DNA from: Planctomycetota bacterium
Lineage (GTDB): Bacteria; Planctomycetota; UBA1135; UBA2386
Length of the DNA stretch: 64,000 nucleotides
Assembly: GCA_036376355.1 (NCBI GenBank)
Contig: DASVAL010000028.1
Location: forward strand, 19,402 to 83,401
Reading direction: 5' to 3'
In this document: positions 8,457-18,181 of the stretch, piece by piece
Position numbering within the stretch: the first letter of the stretch is position 1
How the letters are laid out: each line of letters opens with the position of its first letter
Program-made: the position numbers and the translations under genes
The notes under the pieces: generated by a model
What the model was told of the DNA's origin: nothing
What the model saw: the letters and a program-made list of their open reading frames with translations, nothing else
The model's database searches: none

Positions 8457-9626
8457 GTGACGACCCAATACGCGGGGCTCTCCGACATCTCTAGGGTTGT
8501 GCCGGTCGCGCAGCCGACCCGATCGCCCCCCACCACGCTGCGCACGAAACATCTCCTGCGCCTCGTCGTGAATCCCCTCGTGCTGATGCCATCGAAGCCC
8601 GTCACGTCGGCCCGCAGGCAACTGCTGAGCTTCTGTGAGAAGGCCCTGTTCCACAGCAACGTGCACCGCCTCTGTCGGATGCTGCAAGGTGACGGCGGCA
8701 CGACGATCCTGATGTACCACAGCGTGCCGGGGCCGGACGCCGCGCAGTGGATCGATCCTCGCGACGCGGTCGCTCCGGCTCTGTTCGAGCAGCAGATGCA
8801 GACGCTCGTGAAGCACTGCCACGTCGTGTCGCTGACCGAGCTCGTCGAAGCGATCGAGATCGGCCGGAGCCTGCCGAACGCCACCGTCGTGATCACGTTC
8901 GACGACGGCTACCTCGACAACTTCGAAGTCGCTGCGCCGATCCTGGCGTCGTTCGACCTTCCGGCCACGTTCTTCCTCGCAACGGGCTACATCGATCGCG
9001 AGTCGCCGCAGTGGATCGACGAGCTGTACTCGATCTACCGCGCGAGGTCCGCGAACGTCCTCCACGTCGGATGGCTGTCGACGCTGCCGTACGACCTGAC
9101 GCGACAGCACGACGTCGACGCGTCCTACACGGCCATCAGCGAGATCATGCTCGCGACCGACATCGCGGGCCGCAAGCGGCTCTTCGACGAGCTGACGGTG
9201 CAACTGCGTCCCACGAGGACGCCGCCGAGGCTGACCATGAACTGGGACGAGGTGCGCCGGCTGCAGGCGATGCACTCCGGGTTCGAGATCGGCGTGCACA
9301 CGCGCGACCACCTGAGCCTCCCTTGCCTCGACACGGAACGCATGGCCGTCGAGCTGACGCAGTGCATCGCCGACGTCCGGACCATGCTCGGCCTCGAACC
9401 ACGCTTCTTCTCGTACCCGTACGGGCGATCCTGTGAATGCGCGCGGCGCCTCGTCGCGAACCGCTTCCGCGCTGCGGTCGCGACGGATCCGCCGGCACTC
9501 GTGCGGGCCGGGGCCGATCTGTTGGCACTTCCGCGAGTTTCTCCGCCGGACGATCCGGCGCTCTTCAGGCTCTACACGAGCGGCGCCCAACCAGACATGG
9601 TGCGGCGACTGCTACGAGGCGCATGA
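8457..9626 (+). CDS. Polysaccharide deacetylase (carbohydrate esterase family 4, NodB-homology domain)
   Basis: NodB motifs TVVITFDDGYLDNF, ATFFLATG, FEIGVHTRDH. The true start may be internal (MPSKP at 8586). Confidence 0.75.
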   Translation: MTTQYAGLSDISRVVPVAQPTRSPPTTLRTKHLLRLVVNPLVLMPSKPVTSARRQLLSFCEKALFHSNVHRLCRMLQGDGGTTILMYHSVPGPDAAQWIDPRDAVAPALFEQQMQTLVKHCHVVSLTELVEAIEIGRSLPNATVVITFDDGYLDNFEVAAPILASFDLPATFFLATGYIDRESPQWIDELYSIYRARSANVLHVGWLSTLPYDLTRQHDVDASYTAISEIMLATDIAGRKRLFDELTVQLRPTRTPPRLTMNWDEVRRLQAMHSGFEIGVHTRDHLSLPCLDTERMAVELTQCIADVRTMLGLEPRFFSYPYGRSCECARRLVANRFRAAVATDPPALVRAGADLLALPRVSPPDDPALFRLYTSGAQPDMVRRLLRGA

Positions 9627-10564
9627 ACAACACGCTGCACAACCCACCACCGGTTACTGCAATCGTCGTGAGCTACCAGTCGCGGGAGGCGACTGCGCGC
9701 GCGGTCTCGAGCCTCGCGGTGGCATGGAAACGCGGACTCGCCGACTGCATCGTCGTCGACAACGCGAGCAGCGACGGCACGGTGCGGCACCTGAAGGAAC
9801 AGCATCCGTGGGTCACCGTGATCGCGAACGCGCAGAACGTCGGCTTCGGCGTCGCCTGCAACCAGGGAATCGACAGGGTGCGGTCTCCATACGTGCTGCT
9901 GCTGAATCCCGACGCGGTCCTGTACGAGGACCCGCTCGAGGTCCTGCGCACGTTCATGGACAGGACGCCGGCGTGCGGCATGGCCGCTCCGGCGGTCGGC
10001 ATGCCGAACGGCATCTGGCAGCACGCGGGCGGGATGCCGACGCCGATGCAGCTGCTGACCCAGGCGATGTGGCCGAGCTGGCAACCGCCGCGCACGACCG
10101 TGATTCCGGGCAGTGACCCGTTCGAGACCGACTGGCTGTGCGGCGCCGTGCTGCTGCTGCGCCGGTCGATGCTCGAACAGATCGGCTACTTCGATCCGCG
10201 GTTCTTCCTCTACTTCGAGGAGACCGACCTGTGCCGGCGTGCGAGGACGCGCGGCTGGCAGCTCTGGGCCGTCGGCCGCGCCGTGGCCGAGCACGTCGGC
10301 GGCGTTAGCGCGCGCGCCACCGGCACCGCGCTGTTCCACGGCTGCCTGGCCGAGCATTACTACCGCAGCCGGTTCCTGTACTTCGTCAAGCACCACGGCA
10401 TGGCGACGGCGTGCATGACCGAGCTCGCGGAGCTCGCGATCATGAGCGTCATGTCGTCGGCCCGGTGGGCAATCGGACGCGACGTCACGTCGTTCCGCTT
10501 GCGGCTCCGCGCGCCGATCCTCGGGCTGACCCCCGCGGGCCGCAGCGCCGCGATCCAGTCATGA
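9623..10564 (+). CDS. Glycosyltransferase family 2
   Basis: VTAIVVSYQSRE...IVVDNASSDGT is the GT2 N-terminal fold; DxD-like LLLNPDAV. ATG overlaps the deacetylase stop (ATGA). Confidence 0.8.
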   Translation: MNNTLHNPPPVTAIVVSYQSREATARAVSSLAVAWKRGLADCIVVDNASSDGTVRHLKEQHPWVTVIANAQNVGFGVACNQGIDRVRSPYVLLLNPDAVLYEDPLEVLRTFMDRTPACGMAAPAVGMPNGIWQHAGGMPTPMQLLTQAMWPSWQPPRTTVIPGSDPFETDWLCGAVLLLRRSMLEQIGYFDPRFFLYFEETDLCRRARTRGWQLWAVGRAVAEHVGGVSARATGTALFHGCLAEHYYRSRFLYFVKHHGMATACMTELAELAIMSVMSSARWAIGRDVTSFRLRLRAPILGLTPAGRSAAIQS

Positions 10565-11700
10565 AGGTCCGCGTCGTATCGGCAGCCGATCTGTCGGCCG
10601 ATCTGCTCGCGGTCTGGAACGGCATCCTGCGCCGCGACGAGAACCTGGCCTCGCCGTACTTCACGCCGGGCTACTTCGCCGCCGCAGCCGCAACGAGGCC
10701 CGGAGTCCGCGTCGGCGTGCTCGAAGACGGCGGCGAGCCGTTCGGGTTCATGCCGTTCGAGCGCACTCGCTTCGGCATCGGCCAGCCGGTCGGAGGCCGG
10801 CTCTCCGACTTCCAGGCCGTCATCGCCGCCGGCCGCGACGACTGGTGCGCGAAGGACCTGATCGCCGGCTGCGGCCTGCGCATGTGGCGGTTCGACCACC
10901 TGCTGTGCGAGCAACCGCAGTTCGCGTCGTTCCACGACTCGACGTGCGGCTCGCCGGCGCTGGATCTGCGCGGCGGGTTCGGTAGCTACCACGCCCGCCG
11001 GCGCGATGCCGGCAGCACGCACATCGAAGGCGTGAAGCGCAAGACGAGGATGCTCGCGCGACAGGGCAACATCAGCTTCGAGTTCGACGCCCGCGATCCA
11101 CAGGTCCTCGAGCAGGTGATCCACTGGAAGCGGCACCAGTGCAGGCGGACCGGCGTCGTCGACTTCTTCGCCGAGCGGCGCAACGTCGACCTCGTGCACA
11201 CGATCCTCGACACCAGGACCGAGGACTTCGCCGGAGTGCTGTCCGTGCTGCGCGTCGGCCGCCGGCTCGCCGCGGCGCACTTCGGCATGCGGACGCGACG
11301 CACGCTGCACTACTGGTTCCCCGTGTACGAGAGCGACCTGTCCCGCTGCTCACCGGGCGCCGTCCTGCTGATCGAGCTCGCGCGTGCAGCCGCGGAGCGC
11401 GGCATGCACACGCTCGATCTCGGCAGGGGAGACGACGAGTACAAGCGGCACTTCGCGACGCATCGCACCCCGATCGCGGAGGGTTCGGTCGTCGTCTCGC
11501 CGGCACTCGCCGTGCTCCGGCGATGGCATCGTTCGGGTATGGCGTTCCTGCGATCGTCGCGCGTCACTGCACCGCTGCGGGAGCCACTGCGTGCTCTGCG
11601 CCACCGCCTGCGGCGCCACCGCATCCCGAAGACCCTCGGCCCCATGGCGCCGGCAGCCCCGCGCACGCCGGCGCGATTCGGAGGCAGCGTCACTCCATGA
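10561..11700 (+). CDS. GNAT-fold acyltransferase, CelD/BioF2-like (Acetyltransf_6-like; FemAB-related, EPS-locus type)
   Basis: C-terminal LDLGRGDDEYKRHFATH. Overall similarity to the second copy at 45073-46116. ATGA overlap with both neighbours. Confidence 0.65.
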   Translation: MKVRVVSAADLSADLLAVWNGILRRDENLASPYFTPGYFAAAAATRPGVRVGVLEDGGEPFGFMPFERTRFGIGQPVGGRLSDFQAVIAAGRDDWCAKDLIAGCGLRMWRFDHLLCEQPQFASFHDSTCGSPALDLRGGFGSYHARRRDAGSTHIEGVKRKTRMLARQGNISFEFDARDPQVLEQVIHWKRHQCRRTGVVDFFAERRNVDLVHTILDTRTEDFAGVLSVLRVGRRLAAAHFGMRTRRTLHYWFPVYESDLSRCSPGAVLLIELARAAAERGMHTLDLGRGDDEYKRHFATHRTPIAEGSVVVSPALAVLRRWHRSGMAFLRSSRVTAPLREPLRALRHRLRRHRIPKTLGPMAPAAPRTPARFGGSVTP

Positions 11701-12671
11701 GCCACCGCTATCTGCTCGTCTCGCCTTGCCGGAACGAAGCTGCGCACTGCCATCGCACGCTGCAGACCGTCGTGGGGCAGTCGATCAAGCCGGCACTGTG
11801 GGTCATCGTCGACGACGGCTCCTCGGACACCACGCCGCAGATCCTCGCCGAGTACGCGCAGAGCCATCGGTTCATCCGCGTGCTGCGCGCACCCGACCGC
11901 GGCACACGCAGCGTCGGACCCGGCGTGATCGAGGCGTTCAATGCCGGCTATGCGACCGTCGACGCGACGCAGTTCGACTTCGTGTGCAAGCTCGACATGG
12001 ACCTGGCGCTGCCGCCAACGTACTTCGAGCAGCTGATGCGGCGCATGGCGCTCGAGCCGCGGATCGGAACCTGCAGCGGCAAGCCCTACTTCCTGACCTC
12101 GGGCGGCGCGCTGGTCAGCGAGGCGATCGGCGACGAGATGTCGGCCGGCATGACGAAGTTCTACCGGCGCGAGTGCTTCGAGGAGATCGGCGGCTTCGTG
12201 CAGGGTGTGATGTGGGACGGGATCGATTGCCATCGCTGCCGCATGCGCGGCTGGATCGCGTGCAGCTGGGACGATCCCGAGCTGCGGTTCCTGCACCTGC
12301 GCCCGATGGGATCGAGCCACCGCGGCATGTGGACGGGCCGCAAGCGTCACGGCCAGGGGCAGTGGTTCATGGGCACCGGACTGCTGTACATGCTCGTCAG
12401 CGCCGCGTACCGGATGTCGCGCCGGCCGCGCGTCGTCGGCGGCCTCGGCATGCTCGTCGGCTATCTGTCCGCGATGCTGAAGCGCCTGCCGCGATACCCG
12501 GACCCGGAGTTCCGCGACTTCCTGCGCAGCCATCAGTGGCGCTGCCTGCTCTACGGCAAGCGGCGCGCGACCGCGCTCATCCACGAACGGCTGGGCGGCT
12601 CGCCCACACGCGACCACGTCGAGGGACCATCATGCGAACGAGCGACGCAGTGCAGTCGATCCATGCCCTGA
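11697..12671 (+). CDS. Glycosyltransferase family 2 (membrane-anchored)
   Basis: YLLVSPCRNEAAHC...WVIVDDGSSDTT; DMDLALPP resembles a DxD region; C-terminal TM GLLYMLVSAAY. Confidence 0.8.
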   Translation: MSHRYLLVSPCRNEAAHCHRTLQTVVGQSIKPALWVIVDDGSSDTTPQILAEYAQSHRFIRVLRAPDRGTRSVGPGVIEAFNAGYATVDATQFDFVCKLDMDLALPPTYFEQLMRRMALEPRIGTCSGKPYFLTSGGALVSEAIGDEMSAGMTKFYRRECFEEIGGFVQGVMWDGIDCHRCRMRGWIACSWDDPELRFLHLRPMGSSHRGMWTGRKRHGQGQWFMGTGLLYMLVSAAYRMSRRPRVVGGLGMLVGYLSAMLKRLPRYPDPEFRDFLRSHQWRCLLYGKRRATALIHERLGGSPTRDHVEGPSCERATQCSRSMP

Positions 12672-13432
12672 TGCCGATCGTGGACCTGATGGGCTTCCCG
12701 ATCCACGCGATCCGCGAGTCCGCGTGCGTCGAGCACATCATGACGTGCGTCGCGCGTGGACAGGGTGGCTGGATCGTGACCGTGAACCTCGATCATCTGC
12801 GCCGCATGGTCCACGAGCCCGGCTACCGCGAGCTGTGCGAGGGCGCAACGATGCTCGTGCCCGACGGCATGCCGCTGATCTGGGCCAGCCGATTGCGCGG
12901 CACACCGCTCCCCGAGCGCGTCACGGGCTCCAACCTCGTGTCGTCGCTCAGCAAGGCAGCCGCGCAGGCGAGCGTGCCGATCTTCCTGCTCGGAGGCAAT
13001 CCCGGCGCCGCGCAGGGTGCCGCCGCCATCCTGACGCGCCGGTACCCGGCACTGCGGATCGCCGGCACCCACTGCCCCGAGTTCGGCTTCGAGGCCGATC
13101 CGGCGCGGATCGCGTCCATCACATCGCAGCTGCGCCGCTGCCGGCCGGGCATCGTCTACGTCGCGCTGGGCTCCCCGAAGCAGGAGGTGCTGATCGACCG
13201 GCTGCGCGGCTGCCTGCCGTCGGCCTGGTGGGTCGGCGTCGGCATCAGCTTCAGCTACCTGACCGGGGAAGTGCCTCGCGCGCCGCGCTGGATGCAGACG
13301 ATCGGCATGGAGTGGCTGCACCGGCTGTGGCAGGAGCCGCAGCGCCTCTCGCGCCGGTACCTGCTGCACGATCTGCCGTTCGCCGTGCGCCTGCTCTTCG
13401 GCAGCGCCTGCCAGCGCTGGCCTTCGCGATGA
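12632..13432 (+). CDS. WecB/TagA/CpsF-family glycosyltransferase (GT26)
   Basis: VTVNLDHLR, LVPDGMPLIWAS, IFLLGGNPG, YVALGSPKQEVLI are GT26 signature blocks. Confidence 0.75.
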   Translation: MRTSDAVQSIHALMPIVDLMGFPIHAIRESACVEHIMTCVARGQGGWIVTVNLDHLRRMVHEPGYRELCEGATMLVPDGMPLIWASRLRGTPLPERVTGSNLVSSLSKAAAQASVPIFLLGGNPGAAQGAAAILTRRYPALRIAGTHCPEFGFEADPARIASITSQLRRCRPGIVYVALGSPKQEVLIDRLRGCLPSAWWVGVGISFSYLTGEVPRAPRWMQTIGMEWLHRLWQEPQRLSRRYLLHDLPFAVRLLFGSACQRWPSR

Positions 13433-13453
13433 TCGGCGCGAGCCGCGCGCGCG

Positions 13454-13924
13454 TCACTTGTCCGTCGCAGCACTGATGCCGCTGCCGGGCACGACGCACG
13501 CCACGTCGAGACTCGCCTGGCGGTGGAACGTGATCGCGTTGAGCACCGACACCACGCCGAGGTGCTCGCCACCGGCAGATGGACACGTGGTCGCGTCGAT
13601 CGCGAGCTCGATCCTCGCGCGCTGGCCGCCGAGCACGACGCCGTTCGCAGCGCCCGAGAAGCTCAACCACGGCACGTTGCTCTCGAGCACGTACGGGAAC
13701 GCGAGATCGCCCGAATTGGTCAGCTCGAGCACACGCGGCGTCTCCCAGTACACGACGCCCGGAGACGTGCGCCACGCGACGGCGCGCCCCGTGGGCAGCA
13801 GCACGAGCTCGAAGGCCGCCGGCACGCCAGGGTCTGCGGGGGCGGCTGAGCAAGCGGCGAGGCCGCCGAGCAGCAGCCAGTAGCAGCCATGACCCCGCAG
13901 TCGCGTGCGACGACACTGTTCCAT
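13454..13924 (-). CDS. Small secreted lipoprotein, hypothetical
   Basis: The basic N-region + LLLGGLAACSA lipobox is the sole evidence. It is convergent with the wecB-like gene. Confidence 0.4.
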   Translation of the reverse strand: MEQCRRTRLRGHGCYWLLLGGLAACSAAPADPGVPAAFELVLLPTGRAVAWRTSPGVVYWETPRVLELTNSGDLAFPYVLESNVPWLSFSGAANGVVLGGQRARIELAIDATTCPSAGGEHLGVVSVLNAITFHRQASLDVACVVPGSGISAATDK

Positions 13925-14315
13925 CTGCTCGCTCCTCGATGTTGCTTCAGGAAGGGAACGCGTCGCGCCGGCTCTGGATGCGACGCAGTCATCTTCGGCC
14001 GTCGGCTACGACACGCAACCGTGAGTTCGTCGGGTGTTCACCCGAACGACGCGAGCCGTGTGTCCGGTACGGTGCCTTCGACGTCAGCGAAGTCCGTTCT
14101 TCGGTGCGCCGGCGAACATCGAACCCCAACACATCGGACGGACGACAATGGCAAGGCGACCAGCGAATGCGCGCGCACGGCACGGAGTGCGGCGGCTCGA
14201 GCTCGTTGCCCACAGCGCTGGCGAGCCGGAGCCCGCGGCGGGTGATGCAACTTCACGGTCGCCGGCGGATTCCGCTGCTTCGGCGCTGCCGCCGGGCGGT
14301 CTGCGACAAAGGGCC

Positions 14316-15599
14316 ATGCGCGGCTCCGCGTGGACGATCGGCGGCCACGCCGCGAGTCAGATCCTGCGGTTCGCGAACAACATCACGCTGACGTACCTGA
14401 TCGCGCCCGATCTGCTCGGACTGATCGGCATCGTGCACGTGCTGCTCGCTGGATTGCACCAGCTGTCCGACTTCGGCGTCGGACCGGCGATCATCCAGAA
14501 CAGCGGCGGTGACGAGCAGAGCTTCCGCGACACCGCCTGGACGCTGCACATCGTGCGCGGCGCGATCCTCTGGGCGCTGACGTTCCCGCTCGGGCCGCTG
14601 CTCGCCTGGTTCTACGCGAACGAGCCCGGCGCCGAGCAGCTCACGTGGCTGGTTCCAGTCGTCGGCCTGTCCGCGCTGCTGACCGGGCTGCACTCGATGG
14701 CGCCGTACGCGCTGAACCGCCAGCTCCGGTTGCGACCCCTCGTCATGCTCGACGTCGGCACCCAGCTGCTCGGCTGCGGCGTCGGCATCGTGTGGGCCGT
14801 GCTGGATCCTGGCCTCGCGGCCCTGATCGCCGCGGTGCTCGTTGCCCAGGTCGTCTACACGATCGGCAGCCACTGCCTCGGCATCGAGTGCCACCTGCGC
14901 TGGGACCCGTCCGCGGCGGCCGTCCTCGTGCGGTTCGGCCGCTGGGTCTGGATGAGCACGACGCTGACGTGGATCACTTCCGCGATCGACCGCTTGCTGA
15001 TGCCGACGATGGTGAGCTTCGACGGGCTCGCGATCTACCAGGTCGCGCTGATGGTGGCCGCCGCGGGTCCCGAGGTCGCTCACCTGCTCGGATCTCGCGT
15101 CCTGTTCCCGGCGTTGTCCGCCCTGCTGCGGCGCGGGGATCCGGCGTTCCACGACAAGCTGCTGCGCGCGCGCATCGCGCTGCTCCTGCCGACCGTCAGC
15201 GGGCTCTTGCTGTTGAGCCTGTGCGGCGAGTGGTTGATCCACCTGATCTATCCTGCCGCGTTCGACGATGCAGGTTGGATGCTGCGCCTGCTCGCAGCCG
15301 CCGCGATCCCGCAGATGCTGATTGCGTCGAGCTGGTACGTGTTCCTCGCGTTGGGCTTCCCTGCCGTCATGATGGGGCTGCAAGCCGCGAAGCTGCTGTT
15401 GAAGGGCAGCGCGATGCTGCTCGGCAATCACCTCGGCGGGCCCTACGGCGTGATCGTCGGCCTCGTCGTCGCGGAAGCGCTGCACTATCCGTTCGTCGCG
15501 ATCGCGCTGCACAAGTGCGGCATCCTGCAGCTGCGCCTCGACCTGCCGGTGGTGATCGTCAGTGGGGCCGTGCTGGGCCTCGGCTTCGCGCTGTGGTGA
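14316..15599 (+). CDS. wzx: Polysaccharide flippase, Wzx-like (MOP superfamily)
   Basis: About 12 predicted TM helices throughout. The N-terminal pattern ILRFANNITLTYLIAPDLLGLIG is typical of the Polysacc_synt family. Confidence 0.7.
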   Translation: MRGSAWTIGGHAASQILRFANNITLTYLIAPDLLGLIGIVHVLLAGLHQLSDFGVGPAIIQNSGGDEQSFRDTAWTLHIVRGAILWALTFPLGPLLAWFYANEPGAEQLTWLVPVVGLSALLTGLHSMAPYALNRQLRLRPLVMLDVGTQLLGCGVGIVWAVLDPGLAALIAAVLVAQVVYTIGSHCLGIECHLRWDPSAAAVLVRFGRWVWMSTTLTWITSAIDRLLMPTMVSFDGLAIYQVALMVAAAGPEVAHLLGSRVLFPALSALLRRGDPAFHDKLLRARIALLLPTVSGLLLLSLCGEWLIHLIYPAAFDDAGWMLRLLAAAAIPQMLIASSWYVFLALGFPAVMMGLQAAKLLLKGSAMLLGNHLGGPYGVIVGLVVAEALHYPFVAIALHKCGILQLRLDLPVVIVSGAVLGLGFALW

Positions 15600-16617
15600 G
15601 ACGGAGCCGCCGCGCGAACTGCAGCACGCCGAGGAGCTCGGGCAGCTTCCCCGCGACGCAGGCGAACGCGTAGAAGCAGCTCTCCGCGCGGACACGTCCG
15701 CGGCGCCTCGCCAACCGGTACGCGCCGCGCGCAGGCCACGCTGCGGCAGCGGCAACCATCAGCCCGGGCACGCCGTACGCGGCGACCGCACCGAGCGCCA
15801 GCGCCGGAGCGAGTGCGCCCCAGACGACCATGCGCGCGACCTCGCGCGCGCGGAACCTCTCGGGACCACCGCGATGCCTCCACCACGACTCGGCACAGGC
15901 GCGGCCGTTGCGCATGCTGCGCGCCCACCATTGCCGCCAGCTGTGCATCGCGGCGTCGTGCCGCATCATCGGCGCGGCCAGGCACTGCAGCCGCCACCCG
16001 AGCCGCCGCAGGCGCAGGCAGAGCTCGGGTTCCTCGCCGGCCGCGAACGTCGCGTCGAAGCCGCCGGCGGCCACGAGCGCGCTGGTCCGGAACATCGCGA
16101 CGCCGCCGCATTCGTCGATCGCGCCAGCCGGCACGTCGAGCTCGATGTCGCAGAGCAGGTTGTACGGGGAAGCAGCGGGCACTTCCTCGCGCGACCGCCC
16201 CGTCACGACGCCGAGCGCCGGATCGCGCTGCAGTGCCTGCGCCCCGGCCTGCAGCCAGCCGCTCGCGAGACAGCAGTCGCCGTCGACGAACTGCGTGCAG
16301 AAACCGTCGCCGGCATCGCGGCGGCGCAGCAGCGCGAAGCCCTCGTTGCGCGCGCGCGCGGCCGAGAACGGGGTGCCGCGATCGAGCTCGAGCACGTCGA
16401 CGCCGAGCCGCTTCGCGATCGCGACGCTCCCGTCGCTCGATCCCGAGTCGACGTAGACCACGCGCCTGCACTGGGCGAGCACCGACTGCAGGCAGGCCTG
16501 CAGGCGTGCCGCCTCGTTCCTGCCGATGACCACGCATTCGACGCCGGCTACCGCGCTCGCACCTTCGCGCTGGCCCGCAACCGCCGCACCGGTCGTCGTG
16601 TCCGAAGCAGTTCTCAT
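15559..16617 (-). CDS. Glycosyltransferase family 2
   Basis: VECVVIGRNEAARLQACLQS...VVYVDSGSSDGS; DGDCCL; C-terminal TM region. ATG overlaps the stop of the upstream Wzy-like gene. Confidence 0.7.
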   Translation of the reverse strand: MRTASDTTTGAAVAGQREGASAVAGVECVVIGRNEAARLQACLQSVLAQCRRVVYVDSGSSDGSVAIAKRLGVDVLELDRGTPFSAARARNEGFALLRRRDAGDGFCTQFVDGDCCLASGWLQAGAQALQRDPALGVVTGRSREEVPAASPYNLLCDIELDVPAGAIDECGGVAMFRTSALVAAGGFDATFAAGEEPELCLRLRRLGWRLQCLAAPMMRHDAAMHSWRQWWARSMRNGRACAESWWRHRGGPERFRAREVARMVVWGALAPALALGAVAAYGVPGLMVAAAAAWPARGAYRLARRRGRVRAESCFYAFACVAGKLPELLGVLQFARRLRLTTARSRGPARPH

Positions 16618-17978
16618 GACCAGGCGTGCATCCGATCCCGCACCAGCATGGTCGATCGCGCTTCGCCGGCGCGGGACGTGACGCCCGACGCGAGCGACAC
16701 GAGGCCGCCGACGACCACCGTGTAGATCGGATTGATCATCGCGTTGAACATGCAGTCGGCGACGAAGATGCAGACGACGGCGACGAGCGCTGCAACGCCG
16801 GCCATGCGCGGGTGCGCCCATCGACGCTGCGTCGTGTGCCGCAGCAGCGACGTGATCGGCGCGTAGTGCACCACGAAGAACAGCGTGAGCCCTATCAGGC
16901 CGAAGCAGGTCACGGTGATCAGCCAGAAGCTGTCGAACGCGTAGGTCAGTGGCTCCTCTTCGGGGCCCATCGGCGGCGTGAAGCCCCACGCCGACCATCC
17001 GAGCAGCGGGTGCTCCCAGATGCCCGACATGAAGGCCTCTTCGGAGCGGATCCGGAACGCGACGGAGCTCGCGCGCTCGGGTGCGTGCTGCCCGATCAGC
17101 TCTACCACTTCCTTCGCTTGCCAGCCGCCGAGCACACGCGCACCGACGAACACCGCGGGAACAGCCATCAACGTGTAGCCGGGCAGCGCGCCGCCGGTCC
17201 GGCGCAGTGCAACGACCGCCGCGATGCCCACGCCCATCAGCACGAGCGCGCCGAGCGACTTGCACAGCACGGTCGTGCCGCCGAGCAGCAGCAGCAGCGG
17301 AAGGACCGGCATGCCGAACAGGCGGCGCAACCCGCCGTAGCGCCACAACGAGAAGCCGGCGATCGAGGCGGCCGCCATCCACAAGCCGACCATCAGGCCG
17401 TGCTCCATGAACACGAGCGGCCGGTAGCCGCCCCCGCGCATGTGCTGGTTGAAGCTGTGCTGCGCGAAGCCATAGACCGTCGCGTGCAGCTGCGGACTCA
17501 TGCGCACTTCGTAGAGACAGAACGGCACGTAGACGAGTCCACCGATGAACAGACCGCGCGCGAGCTTGTCGATCCCGCCGAGGTCGCGGAACAGCACGCG
17601 CCCGAACAGGTACGGCAGCCCCCACTCGACGGTGGAGCCCAGCGTGACCGAGACCGCGTCGTACATCGGATGGCCGTTCGCGTACGAAGACGCTGCCGGC
17701 ACGAGGCACCACGCGAGCATCGGCAGGTCGCACCAACCGAAGCGCGCAGTGTCGAGCCAGTGCCCCGCGTAGAAGAGCATGCCCAGCGCCGCACCGAGGA
17801 CGATGGCGAAGCCCTTCGTGTAGTCGGGCAACCCTGGCATCGGGTACGCGGTCGTCGGCAGGAACAGCCAGCCGCCGATCACGACCAGCAGCACCGCCTT
17901 GCGCGCCGGCAGCATCCTGAACGCGAGGATGCCGAGCAGCGGCCAGCCGAACATCGCGAGGTGGACGAGGAACGTCAT
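16614..17978 (-). CDS. O-antigen ligase / Wzy-like polymerase family membrane protein (Wzy_C domain)
   Basis: Polytopic membrane protein with a characteristic large loop RIRSEEAFMSGIWEHPLLGWSAWGF...YAFDSFWLITV. Confidence 0.7.
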   Translation of the reverse strand: MTFLVHLAMFGWPLLGILAFRMLPARKAVLLVVIGGWLFLPTTAYPMPGLPDYTKGFAIVLGAALGMLFYAGHWLDTARFGWCDLPMLAWCLVPAASSYANGHPMYDAVSVTLGSTVEWGLPYLFGRVLFRDLGGIDKLARGLFIGGLVYVPFCLYEVRMSPQLHATVYGFAQHSFNQHMRGGGYRPLVFMEHGLMVGLWMAAASIAGFSLWRYGGLRRLFGMPVLPLLLLLGGTTVLCKSLGALVLMGVGIAAVVALRRTGGALPGYTLMAVPAVFVGARVLGGWQAKEVVELIGQHAPERASSVAFRIRSEEAFMSGIWEHPLLGWSAWGFTPPMGPEEEPLTYAFDSFWLITVTCFGLIGLTLFFVVHYAPITSLLRHTTQRRWAHPRMAGVAALVAVVCIFVADCMFNAMINPIYTVVVGGLVSLASGVTSRAGEARSTMLVRDRMHAWS

Positions 17979-18181
17979 TGCCGATCGGGAGGGGTCTCTT
18001 GGCTCGCACCCGCGCCGCCGGCCAGCGAACGGAGCGCAGAGTCAGGAAACTCGACTGCGGTACGCCCCTGCGCGCGCTCGGGTCATCACCTCGCTGCGCT
18101 GCGGAACTGACCCCATGTGGCGCGTGCGGCGGCGGACCTAGGGAGGAGCGCCGCTTGCCCGAAGCGCATCTCGGAATCGCC

